This document shows, in pieces, positions 46,566 to 58,830 of a DNA stretch of 64,000 bases. Position 1 is the first letter of the stretch; each line of letters opens with the position of its first letter. Under the pieces are notes generated by a model. It worked only from the letters and a program-made list of their open reading frames with translations, made no database searches and was not told the origin of the DNA. This DNA comes from a virus (Duplodnaviria > Heunggongvirae > Uroviricota > Caudoviricetes), in IMG/VR virus record IMGVR_UViG_3300010163_000004, positions 72,935-136,934 of that record; one strand, written 5' to 3'. Made by a program: the position numbers and the translations under genes.

Positions 46566-46760
46566 ATGATAAATTATAAGAAAACAATAACTAATATTCA
46601 TGAGCTGCTTCCAGAGCTAGACTTGGATGCATTATTTAAAATAATGGAGGCTATAGTAGAAGAAACCACTATAACTACAAGTTGGCCCAATAGCATCCGT
46701 TCGGATAAACCTTATTGGGAAGAACCAAACAGGATCACTTGTACGTATAATAGTAAATAA
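46566..46760 (+). CDS. hypothetical protein (64 aa)
   Basis: ORF track. Confidence 0.45.
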   Translation: MINYKKTITNIHELLPELDLDALFKIMEAIVEETTITTSWPNSIRSDKPYWEEPNRITCTYNSK

Positions 46761-46803
46761 AAATAGGCGAGCCTAGACTTAATTGTCTAAGTTCGCCTAT
46801 TTT
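46759..46803. terminator. bidirectional intrinsic terminator: 10-bp stem AAATAGGCGA/TCGCCTATTT with a nested stem, flanked by A and T runs
   Basis: Seen directly at the point where plus-strand and minus-strand genes converge. Confidence 0.6.
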
Positions 46804-47460
46804 GTTATGCGTTAACTTTTAGATATTTTATCCATGAAAACATCTTTCTCTATCCTTCTAGATACTATAAATTGTCTTCATTCATATAAGCTTCTTCTTC
46901 AAAGCTTACATCTCTGTAGCAATCATTTTGAGAATCTTTAAGTCTTAATAGCCGTATAATTAAATACTCTAATCCATACCAGATATAGAAAGATGGAATA
47001 GCTAACCATACCTATTCTAATCCAAATAATATAGATATAAGTATTGCAAACGCTATTGCACATTCCAAAATCTATACTGAATGGATATTCTCGTGATTCT
47101 TATCCTCACCAGTTAAATCCGACTTAGTAAATATTAATCCAAACAGATTAATTACTTTATAGCCTCCAAACGGTATAATATTATTTTTAATTATCATATT
47201 ATATAATACCAATCATTACGTTCTATAACTCCTTTCTCCTTGAGCTATTTATTATCTAAATGATAATCTCCATTTCTAAAATTTAATTCATTCTTAGTAT
47301 AGTCCCAATAAAAATACCCTTTCCAGCCGGGGAGTAATAAAGTACGACCAGTAGCCGCATAAAGAGTTGCTCTATTATAGTCCATATTACTTATTAAATA
47401 TAAACAGTAAATAAAGATATATCTTAAGTATAAATTCTTTAATTAATTTAACTACAGCCT

Positions 47461-49129
47461 TCATTGCTTTCTTGTTTTAATTAATCCATAATTTCCTTTC
47501 TTTAATCTAGTAGTAGGAATCCATCCATTATCTAGAATAGATCTATGCCCACTTGGTTTATGTATCTTAGCTCCATCTTCGTGTTTCCATTTAGCTGCGT
47601 TTCTAGCAAAGTTAGCACGCTTCTTCTGAAGAGGAGTAGCATTAGGATTGTTTAATACAGATTTAGCATGTTCCTATACAGACTATCCTGCAGCCTTAGC
47701 AGAGGCTGTAAATTTACCTCTATTTTTCTCTTTAATATGAATGCCTGACCCGTTTTTAAAAATTGGACATCCAAATATTTTCATTTTACCTCCACTTTTA
47801 TGTTTTTTAGAAAGTCCTATTGAAGAACTTCCATAATGTCCTTTGTGACCTATATTTTTTAGTATATTATTTTTAAACATACCTATTAATTCTACAGGCT
47901 ATGTTCCTTCCTATCCTACAAATAAATAATGCCTAAAGCCATTATCATCCTATTTAATTCTAGCCCTTTCAGCTCCAGCATTAGCCCTAACTTCATTTTC
48001 TATAGGAAATTCCATTTCAAAATCTTTATTGGCAATAGTTTTTATTTCATTCATATATTCATTATATATTTTCTTATATTCAGAGCTATTTCCAGATAAT
48101 TTAGCAGCTTCTAACCTTTTGATATATTTATCTTTATTTACTTTCTAGCTAGCCATTAAAAATATATCGTGATCAGAAGACCCTCCAGTGAGATAACCCC
48201 ATCCCTTATATGGTTTTGACGAAGTAACAAAAAAATTATTTCCAGGCTAAGTATAAAAATTAAAATCATTGTCTTTTATAAACTAACGTCTAGTAGACTA
48301 ACCTTTCTTTATAGGTCTTCTGACAATTCCTATGTAGCCCTCTGGACTTCCATTAGTATAGCCAAAGGCAGTACCAAAGTCATTTGATGTATATAAAGCA
48401 TTTTCAAAGTCTTCCAGTCCTGCTATATTAGTTCCAGTACTATTTGGTATTGTTGTAAGTGCCTTTCTAGCAGCTTCTTCTGAAGGCATATCAGCAGGTA
48501 TAAATCCAAGCTTTTTAGCTTCTGCTATATCTACTCCTCTTACAAAAGTATTATGTCTATTTACTACATGATCTGTAACTCTATCTAATTGTGCGTCATT
48601 AAATACTATAGTAGCTTTAGGTTTAATATCAGTATAATTATACTATTTCATAAATTTTTTTAAATGATTATAGTCTAATATATTACCTATTAAATTATTT
48701 GGAATATTATTCTTAATATAATTCCATCCCCTCCTAACTAAAGGAGCACTTAATCCTGGAACAAAGGCTAATCCTGCACTTAGGGCAGCCTATCCATAAT
48801 TTCCTAATCTTAACTAATTTCCTATATCTGCTATATCAGCAGCAGTATCTAATCCCGGAATAAATCCAGTAGCAGTAATTCCTAGGTCTATTATATCATC
48901 TGTAGAAATACCAGAACTTCTAGGCCTTTTCCCAACTATAGTTACTTCATCTAGAGTATTATTCGGGGGACTATAAGTTACCTACTTTCCGGCTAATTCG
49001 GCAGCTTTTGCTTTTCTATCCATCCTCTAACTATATAACCTCTATCTAGTTATATTGTCTCCTTTCCAAAAGGCTTCTAATTCTTCCTTCGAGGCTTTAT
49101 CAAAATCAGGTATTGGCATATTTGTTCAT
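47461..49129 (-). CDS. TAG-recoded gene (about 556 codons, at least 14 in-frame TAG, ends at TGA). Product unknown, basic C-terminus. Possibly a virion or internal protein.
   Basis: Hand translation of the minus strand. ORF-track fragments 47683..47880 and 48298..48489 are pieces of this single frame. Confidence 0.6.
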
Positions 49130-49251
49130 TTTTATTATTTTAAGTTATTCTATTTTATATTAATTTGTATCTTACAAAGAATATTAATATACTTGAAAAG
49201 TATCAAATAAATATAGATAAATGTGATAAATGATTAAATGAATTATGACTA

Positions 49252-50166
49252 ATGGACAAAAGTAAAATTACAAAACAAAATGGGAACATAGCTTTCGAAG
49301 AGGAAGCTCATATTTATTATGATGTTACAAAGCCAGAACAGAAATTTATATCTGTAACGACTTTAATTCATTCTTTCACCCAACCCTTTGATAAAGAGTT
49401 CTGGTCAGCATACAAAAGTTTAGAAAAGCTTCTTAATAAAGATTCGTGGGCTATTGAGAAAAAGTCTTTACTAAATACTAAGAAATTTGATAGAACTTTA
49501 TTAGAATTACATGGGATTAGTGAAAATGATTTTAATAGGGAACAGCAAGCCATCTTAGATGCATGGGATATAGAGAACAGAAACTCTTGCGAGAGGGGAA
49601 CTAGAATACATGCAGATTTAGAAAACTCTTTTTATAAAAAGAAAAAGAACATTGATATTAGTAAGTTCGAAATAGGAGGCAAATTTGAATGCGAACAAGG
49701 TAGAACAACTCTAGACTTAGAGAATGGAATATATCCAGAATATCTGATTTCAAGAGTTTCGGATGATGGAAAGCTGAGATTAGCTGGTCAAATTGACTTG
49801 TTAGTTAAAAAAGGCAACAAGATTATCATAGGCGATTTTAAGACTAATAAGAAAATAGAAACTAAAAGCTTTTTCAATAGTAAAACTAAGTCATCTGTTA
49901 AGATGAAATATCCTCTAAACAATCTAGATGATGTTAACTATTATCATTACACACTTCAGCTTAGCACTTATGCTTGGATGGTTCAGAAGTATAACCCAGA
50001 ATTTGAGATAGAGGATCTGGTACTTATACATTTTGATCACAGCGATAACATGACAATATATCATGTTCCTTATCTAAAAGATGAAGTAATAAGAATGCTT
50101 TCTTTTTATAAGAAAGAATCTATATTGGCAGAAAATAAAAAGAAACGTCAACGTATTGAATATTAA
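49252..50166 (+). CDS. PD-(D/E)XK-family nuclease (Cas4, RecB or lambda-exonuclease-like fold)
   Basis: 304 aa. GQIDLLV ... IIGDFKTNKK fits the D...(D/E)xK motif. Confidence 0.5.
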   Translation: MDKSKITKQNGNIAFEEEAHIYYDVTKPEQKFISVTTLIHSFTQPFDKEFWSAYKSLEKLLNKDSWAIEKKSLLNTKKFDRTLLELHGISENDFNREQQAILDAWDIENRNSCERGTRIHADLENSFYKKKKNIDISKFEIGGKFECEQGRTTLDLENGIYPEYLISRVSDDGKLRLAGQIDLLVKKGNKIIIGDFKTNKKIETKSFFNSKTKSSVKMKYPLNNLDDVNYYHYTLQLSTYAWMVQKYNPEFEIEDLVLIHFDHSDNMTIYHVPYLKDEVIRMLSFYKKESILAENKKKRQRIEY

Positions 50167-50168
50167 TT

Positions 50169-50384
50169 ATGACACTAGAAGAAATAGAAGAAAGATGGAA
50201 AATATGCAGACGCTGTCCAATATGTAATCAAGAAGATGCAATATGTAATGGACAGTTGTATTTAAATCCAGAAAACAATGACATAAGCATTAGTCCAAAA
50301 GAAGGATATATAAAAGGATGTGGATGTCTTTTGGAATTAAAGATACCTAATGAGAAGAAGCATTGCCCTGCAAAGAAATGGTAA
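50169..50384 (+). CDS. small Cys-rich zinc-ribbon protein, tandem paralogue 1
   Basis: 71 aa. CRRCPICN...GCGCLLELK...HCPAKKW. Confidence 0.5.
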   Translation: MTLEEIEERWKICRRCPICNQEDAICNGQLYLNPENNDISISPKEGYIKGCGCLLELKIPNEKKHCPAKKW

Positions 50385-50611
50385 AGAAATGGATTAAAGC
50401 AATATTTACTAAACCTTTAGTAATATTAAAGAGCATATATTTCCATATATTTGGAATTAATCAAGATTTAGCAACCACAAGATTAAATATTTGTAGTGCT
50501 TGTCCTCATAAATTGCAGACTTCATTTGGAGAAGTATGTGAGGAATGTGGTTGTATACTAGAGAACAAAACTAGAATAGAAGATGAACATTGTGATTTAT
50601 GTAAATGGTAA
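50363..50611 (+). CDS. small Cys-rich zinc-ribbon protein, tandem paralogue 2
   Basis: 82 aa. CSACPH...CGCILENK...HCDLCKW. Confidence 0.5.
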   Translation: MPCKEMVKKWIKAIFTKPLVILKSIYFHIFGINQDLATTRLNICSACPHKLQTSFGEVCEECGCILENKTRIEDEHCDLCKW

Positions 50612-50619
50612 AATGAATT

Positions 50620-51222
50620 ATGGAAACTTTAAGAACAGAATTAAACAGTAATGAGAAACTAGCATTAGCTATGACTGGTATGGAAGGTACAGGAGAACAC
50701 TTTATCTTGAATGGAGAGGCTGCAGATAAAACTCTATTAAGAGAAAAACAGGAAAAATTCAATACAGCAGTAGATGAATTAGAAGATAAATTCTCTAAAC
50801 ATAATGCAGCTTTAGAATCTTACGCTAAATCATTATCTGAGGATATGAATGGTGTAGAAATTATGCCTATGTATGGGTATGCATTAATTAAACCTTTCGA
50901 ACAAAATCCGTTTCAAAAAATTAAAACTACTAAGAGTGGATTAATTACAGACTTAGGTGGATTTGCTCCAACATATAAATCTAATGAAACAGGGGAAATA
51001 GAAGAAGAACAGCAATTTATTAAAGTGGGTACTGTTATTGAGGTTGGACACAAGTGTGAGTTCTTAAAACCTGGAGATATAGTATTCTATACAATAGCTA
51101 GCGAGTGCATGGTTCCATTCTATAAGTTTGGATTTGTTGTAGTTAATGAGAACAGAATTATAGCTGTAGTTAACGAAAAGCTAACTGAAAGAAGAAACGA
51201 ATTGAAGTATGGAAACAATTGA
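50620..51222 (+). CDS. protein with a C-terminal GroES or T4 Gp31-like co-chaperonin fold (tentative)
   Basis: 200 aa. LIKPFE...KSGLITD...GTVIEVG...LKPGDIVFY resembles the GroES mobile loop and beta-barrel. Confidence 0.35.
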   Translation: METLRTELNSNEKLALAMTGMEGTGEHFILNGEAADKTLLREKQEKFNTAVDELEDKFSKHNAALESYAKSLSEDMNGVEIMPMYGYALIKPFEQNPFQKIKTTKSGLITDLGGFAPTYKSNETGEIEEEQQFIKVGTVIEVGHKCEFLKPGDIVFYTIASECMVPFYKFGFVVVNENRIIAVVNEKLTERRNELKYGNN

Positions 51223-51455
51223 TGAAAAAATTTACTTTAAGCCCGGAGATTGTGTTACTTTACGGTAGTGTAAAGTAATGCATTCTCCAGTTATGCTGGT
51301 TCTAAGAAGAGAAGCAGCTTTATTTAAAGATAACCAAGGATTACGAGGATTAAGATGTAGATGGTTTACTGATACTGGACTTATGTAGGAAGCAGTATTT
51401 AATACTAAGGACCTTTAGCTTGTTAGAGAGAATAAATAAAAAATATAGAAAAGCA

Positions 51456-52757
51456 ATGGATAAGATATAGTTTGACCCTGAATTGATGCGTAATATTAAA
51501 ATTATTTACGGAAATGTAGACTTAGATGACAAAACCTTAAGATAGCTATATTAGACTTGGACAACTAATCCTGATATTATTAGAAGAACTGTACAATAGA
51601 AAATGCCCAAGACATAGAAAACATACTTTGATGCTCCAGAAATGCCATCATTACCTACAAGATTAGAATCTCTTCCTACTACTGAGATAGCTCAAGATGA
51701 TTTAAGAGGTGTTAAAGATTTTAAAACAGCTTTTAGAGCTGCTAGAGAGAGGGGATTAAAATAGTTTATGTGGGGGAATTCTACATATACTACAGACTTA
51801 GAATAGCCTTCAGATAAACCTAAACAATCTTCTGCCGTTTAGATTCCAAAATCAGATACTTAGATTAGTATAAAGGCTCCAGATCTAACTGCCACAACAA
51901 AAGGAACTACTTGGGGTAGAGGAGTATAGACTATCACAGGAAGCAGTTAGCCAGCTAGTAAATAGTCTTCAAATAAACCTAAAGCAAATCCTGTATAGGT
52001 TACTACCAGTAGGTACACTATGGGAAATACAGTACAAGGAAGAGATTTTGGAATTGGTAGAGGAATCGGCAAAGGTTTTATGGGCTTCCTAAACTGGTTA
52101 AATAAAGGAGCTGCTAGTAATTAGTATAGTAAAAGTAAGTAGGTCAACCCACTTAGTTATTATCAACAAGGAGGAACAATGAATAATCAACAAGAATTAC
52201 AAAAAGCATTTATAGCATATCTAATACAGGATGCTACTTAGCAAGGAGTACAAATTCAATCTGAACAAGATTTATAGGCTTATGCTGAACAATTAGGTGA
52301 AGACGGTATTAAAGCTAAGTATCAGGAATTTATGCAAAAAATGCAAGGAGGAGTAATGGCTAGGCTTGGAGCTAAGCTTGAGTATTATAAGAAGCTAAAA
52401 GGAGTATGTCCAGAAGGAGAAGAGCTTGTATATTTTAAGCAAGGCGGTAGAATCTGTAAAGCTTGCCAGAAAGCACAAAAAGGAACTAAAGTTACTAAGA
52501 AAGCTAATGAAGTTGATAAATTTAAGGCTGGAAGAGCTTAGTATAAGAAAGATATGAAATCTGCTAGGGACGAAGCCTCGAGAGATTCTATATCAATCAA
52601 TAAATATAATGATTAGGAAACTATGGCCAATAAAGGACATAAGGGTAATTTCCAGAAAGGGAAATGGGTTCCTGATAGAAAACAATATGCTAAGAAAGAC
52701 GCTTGTGGTTCAAAAATGAAAGTCAATAAGTGCGGTTCCAAAATGAAAAAGAAATAA
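51456..52757 (+). CDS. TAG-recoded late gene (433 codons, about 17 in-frame TAG, ends at TAA TAA). Product unknown.
   Basis: One frame is open except for TAG from the upstream TAA (about 51350) to 52757. The ORF-track piece 52332..52541 is its 3' segment. Confidence 0.6.
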
Positions 52758-52794
52758 TAAGATTATCTAATATATATGATAATGATTAATGATT

Positions 52795-53355
52795 ATGAAT
52801 GTATTTAGCTATAACACTCTAACTAAATAGCTAGAAATAAATGAACCAGAGATATTGCTAGTTAAGGAATTTAAGGCTCTAATCTAGAGGGATAAATCTG
52901 TAGAAAAGGATAGAGCTACTAGAGAACTATCTTACATTTATTTAGCTATAGACTGGAAAAGTCCGTACAGTTAGTATTCGGAACATGAACGACATGACGA
53001 AGCTATTAGTGATTCTGGATTGACAGAATCAGAATTTAATGACCCTATATTTAGAGCAGCTTGTAGGAAATACAGAGCGTTACAAGATTCAAATAAATCG
53101 ATAAAATTACTAGAAGCAGCTAAAAGAGCCGCAGACTAGTTTATTGATTATTTCGAAACTATTGTAGATTTAAATGAGCGTGATAATAACGGCAAACCAG
53201 TATTCCAAGCTGAAAAAGTAATGAAGGAAATGGCTACCCTTCACAAAGTTCATGAAGAACTAATAACACTAGAAGACTAGGTTAAGAAAGAACTTACTGA
53301 ACAATCTACTGTTAGAGCCGGAGCTGTGGATGGTTTTGACCCAGGAGACTTTTAA
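52795..53355 (+). CDS. TAG-recoded gene (186 codons) immediately upstream of the large terminase. Candidate small terminase or packaging-associated protein (position-based guess).
   Basis: Hand translation MNVFSYNTLTK[TAG]LEINEPEILL...DGFDPGDF*. Confidence 0.45.
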
Positions 53356-53357
53356 TT

Positions 53358-55724
53358 ATGCCAAGAAAAAAGAAGATATTACCTGAAGAAATATAGAATA
53401 TTGTAGATTAGGTAAGAGAAAAAGAATAGAAAGAAGATGCTAAAGAAGCTAGAGAATTAGTATAGAAAATAAGAGAGGAAAGGGTCAGAAATTCTGACTA
53501 TTGGGATGTTAAAATAGGAGATAAAATAGAAGTATTTGACCCTACCTTATCTTATGAAATAACCGGATATAGACCTATTGATGAAACTCATGGATTGGAT
53601 TTTAACCCAGATTGGTTTACCGAGACTAGGGAAGTATATAAACGAACTGGTCAATATTGTCCCTACCTTAGAGATAGTAAGCGGTATAACGAATTTTGGA
53701 AAGAGCAATATAGAAGATGTAAGTATGGAATGACAGTTAATGAATACACTATTACTGGAGATAATTACTTCTTCTTAAATTTCTATTAGTTACCTACTAT
53801 TGACTAGTAGAAAGCCTCTGGTGAAGGTACTGATAATGACTTCCCAATATTCTTTGCATCACATTATATGTTCTTTCATTATCTACAGATGGCTAGAGTG
53901 CTACATAAGCACGCGGCTTTAATGAAAGCTCGTTCTATTGGATTCTCTGAAATAAATGCCTCTCTTTCTGCTCGTATGTACTCTGTTATTAGAAGAAGTA
54001 GGGTTATGATTACTTGCTTTAACGACACCTTCCTTAAGGGTACCTTTAGTAAGTTTGACAATGCTCTTACATTCTTAAATACTTGTACTGGAGGAGGATT
54101 TTTTAAATTGCGACTTATTGACCAGGATTTGAGAAAGAAATCAGGTAAACAAATCAAAATAAATGGTTAGTTTGAAGACGTAGGATTTAAATCTGAGGTT
54201 GTAGCAATTAACGGAGCTAAACCATCTAACATTCGTGGAGACCGTGTAGATTTATTAATATATGATGAAGCTGGTTCCTGGCCTGGACTTGATACCGCTG
54301 TGGTACAAGGTCAAGAACTTTGTGAAGTTCAAGGTATGCCTCGTGGAACAATGTTGTTTGGAGGTACTGGCGGTGATATGGGTGCTCCTCTAGAGGGCTT
54401 AAAAAAGATTTACTATAATCCAAGAGCATATAAGATTCTTCCATTTAGACATAATTGGACTTAGGATGGGACTACTATAGAGAGTGGATTCTTTATTCCA
54501 TACTTTATACAATCTTTGAATCCAGAATTTATGGACCACAGAGGAGTATGTAATACTGTGGAGTATAAGAAATTCTTATAGGAGGAGCGAGATAATCTGT
54601 TAGCTGTACCAGAAGACTACCTAAAGAAATGTGCTGAACGTTGTTGGAATGCAGAAGAAGCATTTAATCTAGAAGGTGTTAATAAGTTTAATAAAATCTT
54701 AGTTGCCGAATAGATAGCTAATATAAGACTTAAACAAATTGGCCCAAAACCTGAATGTGGTTATATTGATTATTTTTACAAAAATAATAAACATACTTAG
54801 GATAACATTGATGGTTTTAAATGGATTCCTAATAGCAATGGTAAAGTAAAAATTCTAGAGCATCCAATATGGTCTGACTTATATAAAGAACAAATGGAAA
54901 AGCTTAGATAGGAGGCAGAAGATAATGGCTAGGATTTTGAAGTTCCAGTTTATAAAGAAATGCGAGACTTATATGTAGCAGGTATAGACGGTATTGATAT
55001 TGGAGCGAATTAGACTTCTAAGGAAACCAGAGACCCGTCTGATTTCTGCATAACGATTAAGAAACGTGCGTTTGGTATGAATGACCCTCAGTATGTTGCT
55101 ATGTACAAGGATAGACCTGGAGACATCAGAGAAGCCTATAAAATAGCTATGTGTTTAGCTCGCTATTATAATTGTAAAATAAATATAGAAGCTACTCGTA
55201 TGGGTATGGTTACTTGGGCTAGAGAAAAAGGATGCCTTAACTATTTTATGAAGCGCCCAAGAGCTACTCTAACTGACGTTAGAAATGGAACTACTAAATA
55301 GTATGGAACTCCTGCTACAAAAACTATAATCGAATAGCATACTGATTTAACAGCCGCCTTTATAGAAGACTATTGCCATACTATATGGTTCGAAGAAATG
55401 CTAGAATAGTTCACTGCATATAATGATGAAAATAAGGGTAAGTATGATATTGTAGCCGCTGTAGGTATGACTGAGTTAGCAGACCAAGAGCTATCAGGAA
55501 GACAGCCCGTACTTGTGGAGAAAGAAGTTGAATAGTTCCAAGATTTTGGTTACTATTACGACGAGAGAGGAATTAAAAGATTTGGAGTTATTCCAACTAA
55601 GAAAACTCCTGAACTTAATATGCAAAGAAACGAATATGATGACCCATACAGAGTTGAAACAAGTGATCCTAGAATATATGAGGGACTTGTACAAAATGGA
55701 GTATATAGGCGGACTAGATATTGA
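53358..55724 (+). CDS. terL: terminase large subunit (788 codons, about 19 in-frame TAG, ends at TGA), TAG-recoded
   Basis: ATPase Walker B VDLLIYDEAGSWPG. C-terminal RuvC-like nuclease motifs DLYVAGIDGIDIGAN...DIVAAVGMTE. ORF-track pieces 53595.., 53868.. and 55077.. are all in this frame. Confidence 0.8.
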
Positions 55725-55974
55725 GAGTTTAGACCCGGTTGGGTATAAAGTCTCTTTTAACTTTGATAGGTCAGAAATGCCATTAGTAATAATAGCAGAT
55801 TTACCAGACGAAGAATTTCTGCCATTTATTAAGGAAGAATTAAGAAGTAGGAAGTTACAAAGAGTTAAGTATTATAACGCTACTAAACTTCCTCCAGAAC
55901 AACATAATTTATGTTATGAAAGAGAAGGAATTAATAGACAAGACAAACGAGGCTATTGCGGAACTTGTATATGA
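55636..55974 (+). CDS. small protein in the +1 frame overlapping the terminase 3' end. Standard-code ORF 55513..55974; an internal Met start at 55636 is more plausible.
   Basis: ORF track. Overlaps terL by about 90-210 nt depending on start. Confidence 0.35.
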   Translation: MMTHTELKQVILEYMRDLYKMEYIGGLDIESLDPVGYKVSFNFDRSEMPLVIIADLPDEEFLPFIKEELRSRKLQRVKYYNATKLPPEQHNLCYEREGINRQDKRGYCGTCI

Positions 55975-58087
55975 TAAGTATGAGTTACAGAAAGCTTATA
56001 ATTATTATAATGGTAAAAGGGATCCTGAATAGTTCCGTTATCTGGAAGAAAACTTCGGAATAGGCAGCCCCACTTCGGTAGAGTTTACACCTTTATTAAA
56101 GAAACACGTAGATGCTCTAGTTGGAGAATATTTAGGAACTCCCATACTTCCGAAAATTTCTTGCAAAGATTCAGATACTATTAGTAATATAACAAGAGAG
56201 AAGCAGCTAGAAATAACCAAGGGAATAGTAAAGTTTTTGAAAGACCATTTAAGTAATTCAATTCTTAAGTTTATTGATGGCAAGGATATTACTGATAAAG
56301 CTGTAAAGACTTAGTTAGATAAAATTATATAGGATATTGACCAATCCTTTATTTCTCAATATGAAGTTGCAGCTTAGAATATAGTGCATTATATTATGCA
56401 ATCTAGAGAAACCGATTTAATTACTAAGTTACGTTAGTTACTAACAGACTTATTAATTACTGGTTATACATTCTTTAGAGTGAAATCATCAGCTTCTGGA
56501 ACTAATATTGAAATAGAGGTATTAAATCCGCTTAATACATTTGTTGATAGAAATCCAGAATCTCCATATGTAAGAAATTCATATAGAGTTGTAGTAAGAA
56601 AGTGGATGAGTAAGAGTTAGATTTTAGCTAAATATGGCAAAGAAATATCTAGAGAAGATTTAAGAAGACTAAAGGATGAATGGCGGGCTGATGATTCTGC
56701 TGCTATTTATAGGAGAGTATATGGAGATACTTGTACAGTCGTAAACGAAGATTAGAATCATGAAACCATTCCTGGTTATCCAGACAATGAATATAGTGCT
56801 CATAGGTTCTAGTTAATCCCAGTCTATGATGTTGAATGGATTGAGACAGATGATGACTTTGTAATGTAGAGATACAATACTATCAGAATAGGAGAAGAGA
56901 TATATATTCTTAGAGGATTAGACAAGACTGTTATGAGATCTAAAGATAATCCCAACTTCTGTTCTTTATCGGTAAATGGAGTATATTTCTTAAATCGCTC
57001 TTAGTAGCCTTATTCTCTTATATTAAAATGTGCACATCTGTAGGATAGATACGACTTATTAAACTATTATAGAGATAACCTAATAGCTAATAGTGGTACT
57101 GCTGGAGTTATTATGGATATGTCTCTATTACCTATTAACTTAGGAGTTAAATGGCCAGAACGGGTACAAAAATGGTTAGCCTATAAAAAAGGTGGTATCA
57201 TGTGGATAGACTCAAGCCAAGAAGGTAGAAATGACGGACAGCAAGCTCCAAACTAGATATATAACGGATTTGATGATACCTTAAAAGCATAGGCTGTATA
57301 GGCTATCGAATTAGCTATTCAATCAGTAGAACAAACTACATCATCAATAACTGGAGTATTTAGGGAACGACTTAACGGTATAGAAACTAGAGATGCAGTT
57401 ACTAATATTAAGTAGGGAGTAGCTAACTCGTATATAGTAACTAAGCACTACTTCTAGCAGATGGATTTAATAACCTGTGAGATACTACTAGATAGCCTTA
57501 ATTAGGCTAAAGTTACTTATAAGAAAGGATTAACTGGAACTATTATACTCGGGGATAAATATCAACAGATATTTACAGCACTTCCTGAGTATTTTACTGT
57601 TACTGACTACGATATTCATATTACTGCTAGTTCAGAAGTGATGGAAGATCTATAGACTATAAAAGCAATCATTCCAGAGTTCGTAAAAAGTCAACAGATG
57701 GATCCAGATATTATTTTTGAGGCTCTTACATCTAAGAGTCTGACAGACCTTAAATATAAGGTTAAGAAAGCTGTTCAAGTTCGCAAAGAGGAAAATAACC
57801 AGCTTCAGCAACTACAAGAGAAATTAGAAGAAACTTCTCAATAGGCTCAGTAGTTGTAGCAAGAATTATAGAAGGCTCAGCAAAAGATTGAAAGCTTAGA
57901 TGAATAGAGGCTAGGATTAGAATAGTAGAAGATGCAGTTAGAATATAAAGTTAACTGGCTTAAAGCTTAGTCTGATTCTACTTATAAAGATAGACAAATG
58001 GATATTGAAGAAAAAAGAACTGAAATAGAGTTGGCTTAGCTTCATGATGGAAATCCATATAATGATAAAATAAGACAAATACATTAA
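55916..58087 (+). CDS. portal protein (723 codons, about 25 in-frame TAG), TAG-recoded
   Basis: Position immediately after terL. Size and composition fit a portal. Call is by synteny and size rather than motif. Confidence 0.55.
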
Positions 58088-58088
58088 T

Positions 58089-58820
58089 ATGGCAACTGGA
58101 ACAATTGTATACAATAAAGATTAGCAATAGATTTATCCTATCTCTGATGGGACAGTGATTATAAGTAATGCTTCCGGTTCTAAATCAAATGTAGAAGATG
58201 ACTTAAAAAAATTATTTAAGTAGGTATCAGATTTATCTGGCTCAAGTGAAGCAGTTAATAGTATTATTATTAAAATACATTATCTCCCTGCTAATACCGC
58301 CGACGAATCTGAAATAAGACTATCAAATAAGTAGTGGTCTGATACTTTTGAACTTCCAACAGAAGAGAATCCATATATATGGAAAAGAACTAAATTTACT
58401 TTTTAGGGGGCTGATGAATCATCGGGAACTACTATCTATGAGATAGTAGCAAGTGATGTTTCTACTATTATATAGACTATATATACTAGAACTGAGGGAA
58501 TAACGCCAGTTATAGAATATAAATAGAAAACAGATGAAGAAGGAAATCTACTATATATAGATGCTGAGGGAAAAGAGACAACAGCTGTTACTCCGAATAA
58601 AGCGTATGATTATGATTATTATTGGAACGGAAAACCGTCTGGCAAATTAAATAGTTTACCACCAACTCCAGAAAGTTAGTCATATACTTGGACAGACTAT
58701 CCTCAAGATATTAGTTTATCATTTAATTCAGTCTTTATGTCTAGACGTATAAGACAAGAAGGTAAATGGAAACCTTTTTCTACTCCTGCTCAATATGGCT
58801 AGTGGCCTACTGAGTCTTAA
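58089..58820 (+). CDS. TAG-recoded structural-module protein (243 codons)
   Basis: Hand translation MATGTIVYNKD[TAG]Q[TAG]IYPISDG...QYG[TAG]WPTES*. Confidence 0.5.
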
Positions 58821-58830
58821 TTATTACAAT

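Noticed and set aside
50620-51222. Calling this protein GroES/Gp31 with confidence
   Set aside because: The resemblance is limited to a short mobile-loop-like segment and a C-terminal beta-rich region. It is kept only as a low-confidence annotation.
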